This document shows positions 60,900-64,000 of a stretch of DNA of 64,000 nt, piece after piece. The first letter of the stretch is position 1, and each line of letters begins with the position of its first letter. The stretch is taken from positions 416,001 to 480,000 of the forward strand of contig CAWDOD010000004.1 of the NCBI GenBank assembly GCA_963803805.1, in the 5' to 3' direction. The notes under the pieces are model-generated. The model was given only the letters and a program-made list of their open reading frames with translations, did no database searches and was not told where the DNA came from. Origin of the DNA: an uncultured cyanobacterium (GTDB taxonomy: Bacteria; Cyanobacteriota; Cyanobacteriia; Cyanobacteriales; CAWCAG01). A program made the translations under genes and the position numbers.

Positions 60900-62807
60900 A
60901 TGGTGGTATTGAAAAAATGGCAATGGCTCTTACTAATTAGTCCTATTGCTGGATTAGTTACCTTCTTGCTAATCTCCGCAGGGTGGCAAATTCATCAATG
61001 GGGTATTAATTGGATATGGGGGCTATTTATCCTCATCTTAGCTGGGTGGCGTTGGTTATTGGTAAAATGGACTCGCCCTGGTATTGGGGAAATCGAGACT
61101 GCTGTAGCCGAAGCAGAAGCAGAATTAGCCACTGTCCAAGCAGAAACAGCCAACCTTTTAGCCTCAAATGATCTGATTACCAAAACGGTAGAAACGGCCT
61201 TACAAAGCACCTTAGAAACCGCTAGAAATGACCTTCCTATTTGGGAAGATTGGACTGCATTTTGGCAACGTTGTCAAGAATTAATTGTTGCTGTTGCCCA
61301 TGCCTACCATCCGGAAGTTAAATATCCTCTACTCAACATCTATATTCCCCAAGCTTACGGCTTAATGCGAGGAACTGTAGATGATATGGATCGTTGGATG
61401 GAACAACTATCTCCAGCCTTAAATAAAGTTACTGTCGGACAAGGCTTTGAAGCCTATGAAGTTTATCGTAAACTAGAACCATCAGCACGCAAACTCCTGC
61501 GCGTCTGGAATTTTGCTCAATGGTTCCTAAATCCCGCCGCCGCTTTAGCGAAACAAGCTAGTCAGGGTTATAATAACCGTGCAACGGAACAACTTTTAGG
61601 GAATTTGGGGCAGATGCTGCGAGAAGTCGCCCTACGGAATCTCTGTAAACAAGCTGTAGCCCTTTATGGTAGTGACTCCTTACCAGAATCAACCTTTAAC
61701 CTTTCTACCCCTAGTTTACCCAAAGCCCAAAGCCAAACTCTCCAAGAAATTTTAGCAACCGCAGAACCGACTGAAGTTGTAGAGCAAAAACCTGTTAATA
61801 TTCTGTTGGTAGGTAGAACTGGTTCAGGTAAAAGCAGTCTGATCAATACCCTCTTTCAAGCTGAAAAAGCCGAAGTAGATGTTCTTCCCAGCACCGATAG
61901 ATTGCAAAGTTACCATTGGCAGGTTCCTAATGGAGAAAGCCTCACCCTTTGGGATACTCCAGGATACGAACAGGCAAATCGTACTGAGTTAAGGGAGTTA
62001 GTACTAGATTATGCCATTAATGCCGACCTTCTGCTACTCGTTACTCCCGCCCTTGATCCTGCCTTACAAATGGATGCAGACTTCCTAGAAGAAGTTGCAA
62101 CAGTAGTAACAGAACTTCCTACCATTACCGTAGTGACTCAAGTAGATAGGTTGCGCCCCATTCGTGAATGGCAACCTCCTTATAACTGGCGAGATGGTAA
62201 CAGTGCCAAGGAGACATCGATCCGAGAGGCAACAAAGTATCGCGCCGAACTTTTAGGGCAGTTTTGCAACCTCATTCTTCCTACCGTTACCAGAGATGCC
62301 AAAACAAACCGCAATCCTTGGAATATCGAAGAATTATCTCTAGCTTTAGTAGAAGCGATCGCCCCGGCTAAACAACTACGTTTAGCCCGTTTCCTGCGCG
62401 ATCGCGAAGCCCGCAGTCTTGCTGCAGCGAAAATAATCGATCGTTACACATTACAAATGGCTACAACCCAAGGGCTAACTGCCTTGCTGAAAAGCCCTGT
62501 CTTGCAATTCATCTCTACCATGTCTACGGGATCACCCACCTTAGCCTATGCACTCTCCCAAAAAATTCCTGTAGAACAGTTACCCGTAGTTATTGGTAAA
62601 CTGCAAATGGGGTACGAACTTCATTCGCTTTTAGAGCCAGATAAATCCTTCGACTTACTTTCTCTTTGGAATTTGTTATTAGAGAACTCTCAAACCCCGG
62701 ATCGCAATGCTTGGGCTTTCGGTCATAGCTTGGTAGAATACTGGACACAAAATCTGACAAAAGAGCAATTGTCAGAAAGATTTGCTTATTATTTACAACG
62801 AACTTAA
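60900..62807 (+). CDS. Membrane-anchored Era/YeeP-like GTPase family protein
   Basis: 2 N-terminal TM; GRTGSGKSS, DTPG, TQVD. Confidence 0.85.
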   Translation: MVVLKKWQWLLLISPIAGLVTFLLISAGWQIHQWGINWIWGLFILILAGWRWLLVKWTRPGIGEIETAVAEAEAELATVQAETANLLASNDLITKTVETALQSTLETARNDLPIWEDWTAFWQRCQELIVAVAHAYHPEVKYPLLNIYIPQAYGLMRGTVDDMDRWMEQLSPALNKVTVGQGFEAYEVYRKLEPSARKLLRVWNFAQWFLNPAAALAKQASQGYNNRATEQLLGNLGQMLREVALRNLCKQAVALYGSDSLPESTFNLSTPSLPKAQSQTLQEILATAEPTEVVEQKPVNILLVGRTGSGKSSLINTLFQAEKAEVDVLPSTDRLQSYHWQVPNGESLTLWDTPGYEQANRTELRELVLDYAINADLLLLVTPALDPALQMDADFLEEVATVVTELPTITVVTQVDRLRPIREWQPPYNWRDGNSAKETSIREATKYRAELLGQFCNLILPTVTRDAKTNRNPWNIEELSLALVEAIAPAKQLRLARFLRDREARSLAAAKIIDRYTLQMATTQGLTALLKSPVLQFISTMSTGSPTLAYALSQKIPVEQLPVVIGKLQMGYELHSLLEPDKSFDLLSLWNLLLENSQTPDRNAWAFGHSLVEYWTQNLTKEQLSERFAYYLQRT

Positions 62808-62827
62808 TACCATTCACCATTGAACAT

Positions 62828-62924
62828 TAGACATCTCCGGAAAAGACGGAACAGGGAACAAAAGGAACAATTGATGATTCTGAATAGGAAAATTGATGTT
62901 ATTTTTGATTTTAGGAGATATCTA
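62828..62924. mobile_element. MITE-like element
   Basis: TIRs TAGACATCTCC / GGAGATATCTA. Confidence 0.6.
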
Positions 62925-62972
62925 TTACAAGTCTAATATATCTTTGAGACAACTAAAGAAAAATGGTATAAC

Positions 62973-63239
62973 CTACTCAACCACAATACACCATTCATGA
63001 AGCTTATATTCCACACAACCATTCTTAACTAAAGGGTCTGCGGCTACAATTTCTTTTGCCTGTGCTAACGAAGTAGCTTCAAAAAGTAGCATTCCTCCCC
63101 CTAATTCTCCCCAATAACCACTCCGGGCCTGATGCCCTTTAGTAATCAAATCCTTAACATAAGCTTTATGGGCAGGAACGTATTGATCAAAGGTAGATTT
63201 ATTAACAATTCCTTTCTCTATTTTGACAAACCAAGACAT
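62973..63239 (-). CDS. YciI family protein
   Basis: VPAHKAY, GGGMLLF, ADPLV. Confidence 0.88.
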   Translation of the reverse strand: MSWFVKIEKGIVNKSTFDQYVPAHKAYVKDLITKGHQARSGYWGELGGGMLLFEATSLAQAKEIVAADPLVKNGCVEYKLHEWCIVVE

Positions 63240-63283
63240 TTTTTATTAAGGCTATTTTTAACTAAATAATTGATAATTAAATT

Positions 63284-63484
63284 ATGTCTAAATCTCAACA
63301 TCGCTTTTTTATTGCCTTGCTACCCTCTGTGGCAGTACAGCAATATGCTAACCAAGTCAAACATAACTTCGTGGAAGTTTACAACTCCTGTGCGGCCCAA
63401 AAATCTCCTCCTCTAGAACTAGCAACGTTTCTGCCTACCCTACTTTATCGCTTCTATAATACTATTTGGTCAGCTTTTGGCTAA
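63284..63484 (+). pseudogene. 2'-5' RNA ligase (2H) family N-terminal fragment
   Basis: RFFIALLP...AAQKSPP ends just before the expected HITL motif. Confidence 0.7.
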
Positions 63485-63503
63485 TTTAATCCAATCACCA
63501 ATT

Positions 63504-64000
63504 ATGTACAGTCGTCGTTATTTCTTGTTAGGTATAGGTTCAGTAGCTCTGGGGCAAATGGCTTCGGGGTGTAGCATTGGTGCTAAGCTTGACCTAAGAG
63601 TACGATTGCTGAAAGACTCGATTCCACCTCAACTGTTACGCAGCTTTCGTCAAGAATCACAAGAGCGCATTGCTTTAAATTTTAGAGCAGAAACTCAATT
63701 AGCTGGTTTGTTTAAGGATCTAGAGATTTGGCAAGAAGAATCTCAGCAAAAAAACACTCCAAACAAGCTAGTTCTCCCTTTACGTAGGTTAGTACGCTTA
63801 AGTCCTCCGGCAACACCAGATTTACTAAGTTTAGGGGATTTTTGGTTAACTGGGGCAATCAAGGAAAAATTGATTCAACCTATTGATGTTAAACAACTTC
63901 CTTTATGGAAAGAATTACCTCCCCGTTGGCAAGAATTAGTTAGACGCGACGAAAAAGGACAACTAAGCAAGTCTGGAAAAATTTGGGGCGCACCCTATCG
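63504..64000 (+). CDS. Extracellular solute-binding lipoprotein (polyamine ABC type), partial
   Basis: MYSRRYFLLG...ASGC signal; LLKDSIPPQLL, LGDFWL..AI, IWGAPY; open at window end. Confidence 0.75.
   Translation, partial: MYSRRYFLLGIGSVALGQMASGCSIGAKLDLRVRLLKDSIPPQLLRSFRQESQERIALNFRAETQLAGLFKDLEIWQEESQQKNTPNKLVLPLRRLVRLSPPATPDLLSLGDFWLTGAIKEKLIQPIDVKQLPLWKELPPRWQELVRRDEKGQLSKSGKIWGAPY

Larger units (their letters stand above)
906..62406. repeat. HIP1 octamer GCGATCGC dispersed throughout
   Basis: Roughly 30 copies seen by eye (e.g. 906, 21520, 35581, 43450, 59291); a cyanobacterial hallmark. Confidence 0.9.

Noticed and set aside
60900-62807. GTPase as part of the RiPP cluster
   Set aside because: It is only 28 bp downstream, but it belongs to a general membrane GTPase family with no obvious role; linkage unsupported without synteny data
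2294-62820. Many short antisense or overlapping ORFs in the track (e.g. 3367-3669, 36341-36796, 46236-46514)
   Set aside because: They lie inside well-supported genes and have no recognisable motifs

Overview
This is a chromosomal window of a cyanobacterium: HIP1 octamers (GCGATCGC) are abundant and it carries kaiABC, a psb34-like gene and lrtA/hpf. It is mostly housekeeping genes (mutL, pgi, surE, trpS, tRNA-Pro, gatA, glmS, speA, tadA, obgE, lipB, nanE), plus signalling genes, a vanadium haloperoxidase, small accessory islets, gene remnants, MITE-like elements and short dispersed repeats. The most notable locus is at about 57.9-60.9 kb. There, a 45-aa ORF absent from the supplied track (MTVKSQPVKQSKIEIEVKNLAPETNTDTTVKG-YQSGAFDGDDGSD) has a good RBS and Fur-box-like sites upstream. 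It is followed by a stem-loop, a JmjC/cupin 2OG-Fe(II) hydroxylase and a sucrase/ferredoxin-like gene. I infer a candidate iron-regulated RiPP system that may make a beta-hydroxy-Asp metallophore; this is untested. Three single-base frameshifts at short homopolymer runs (one in the normally essential obgE) suggest sequencing indels. All product calls come from recognising motifs by eye; no searches were run.
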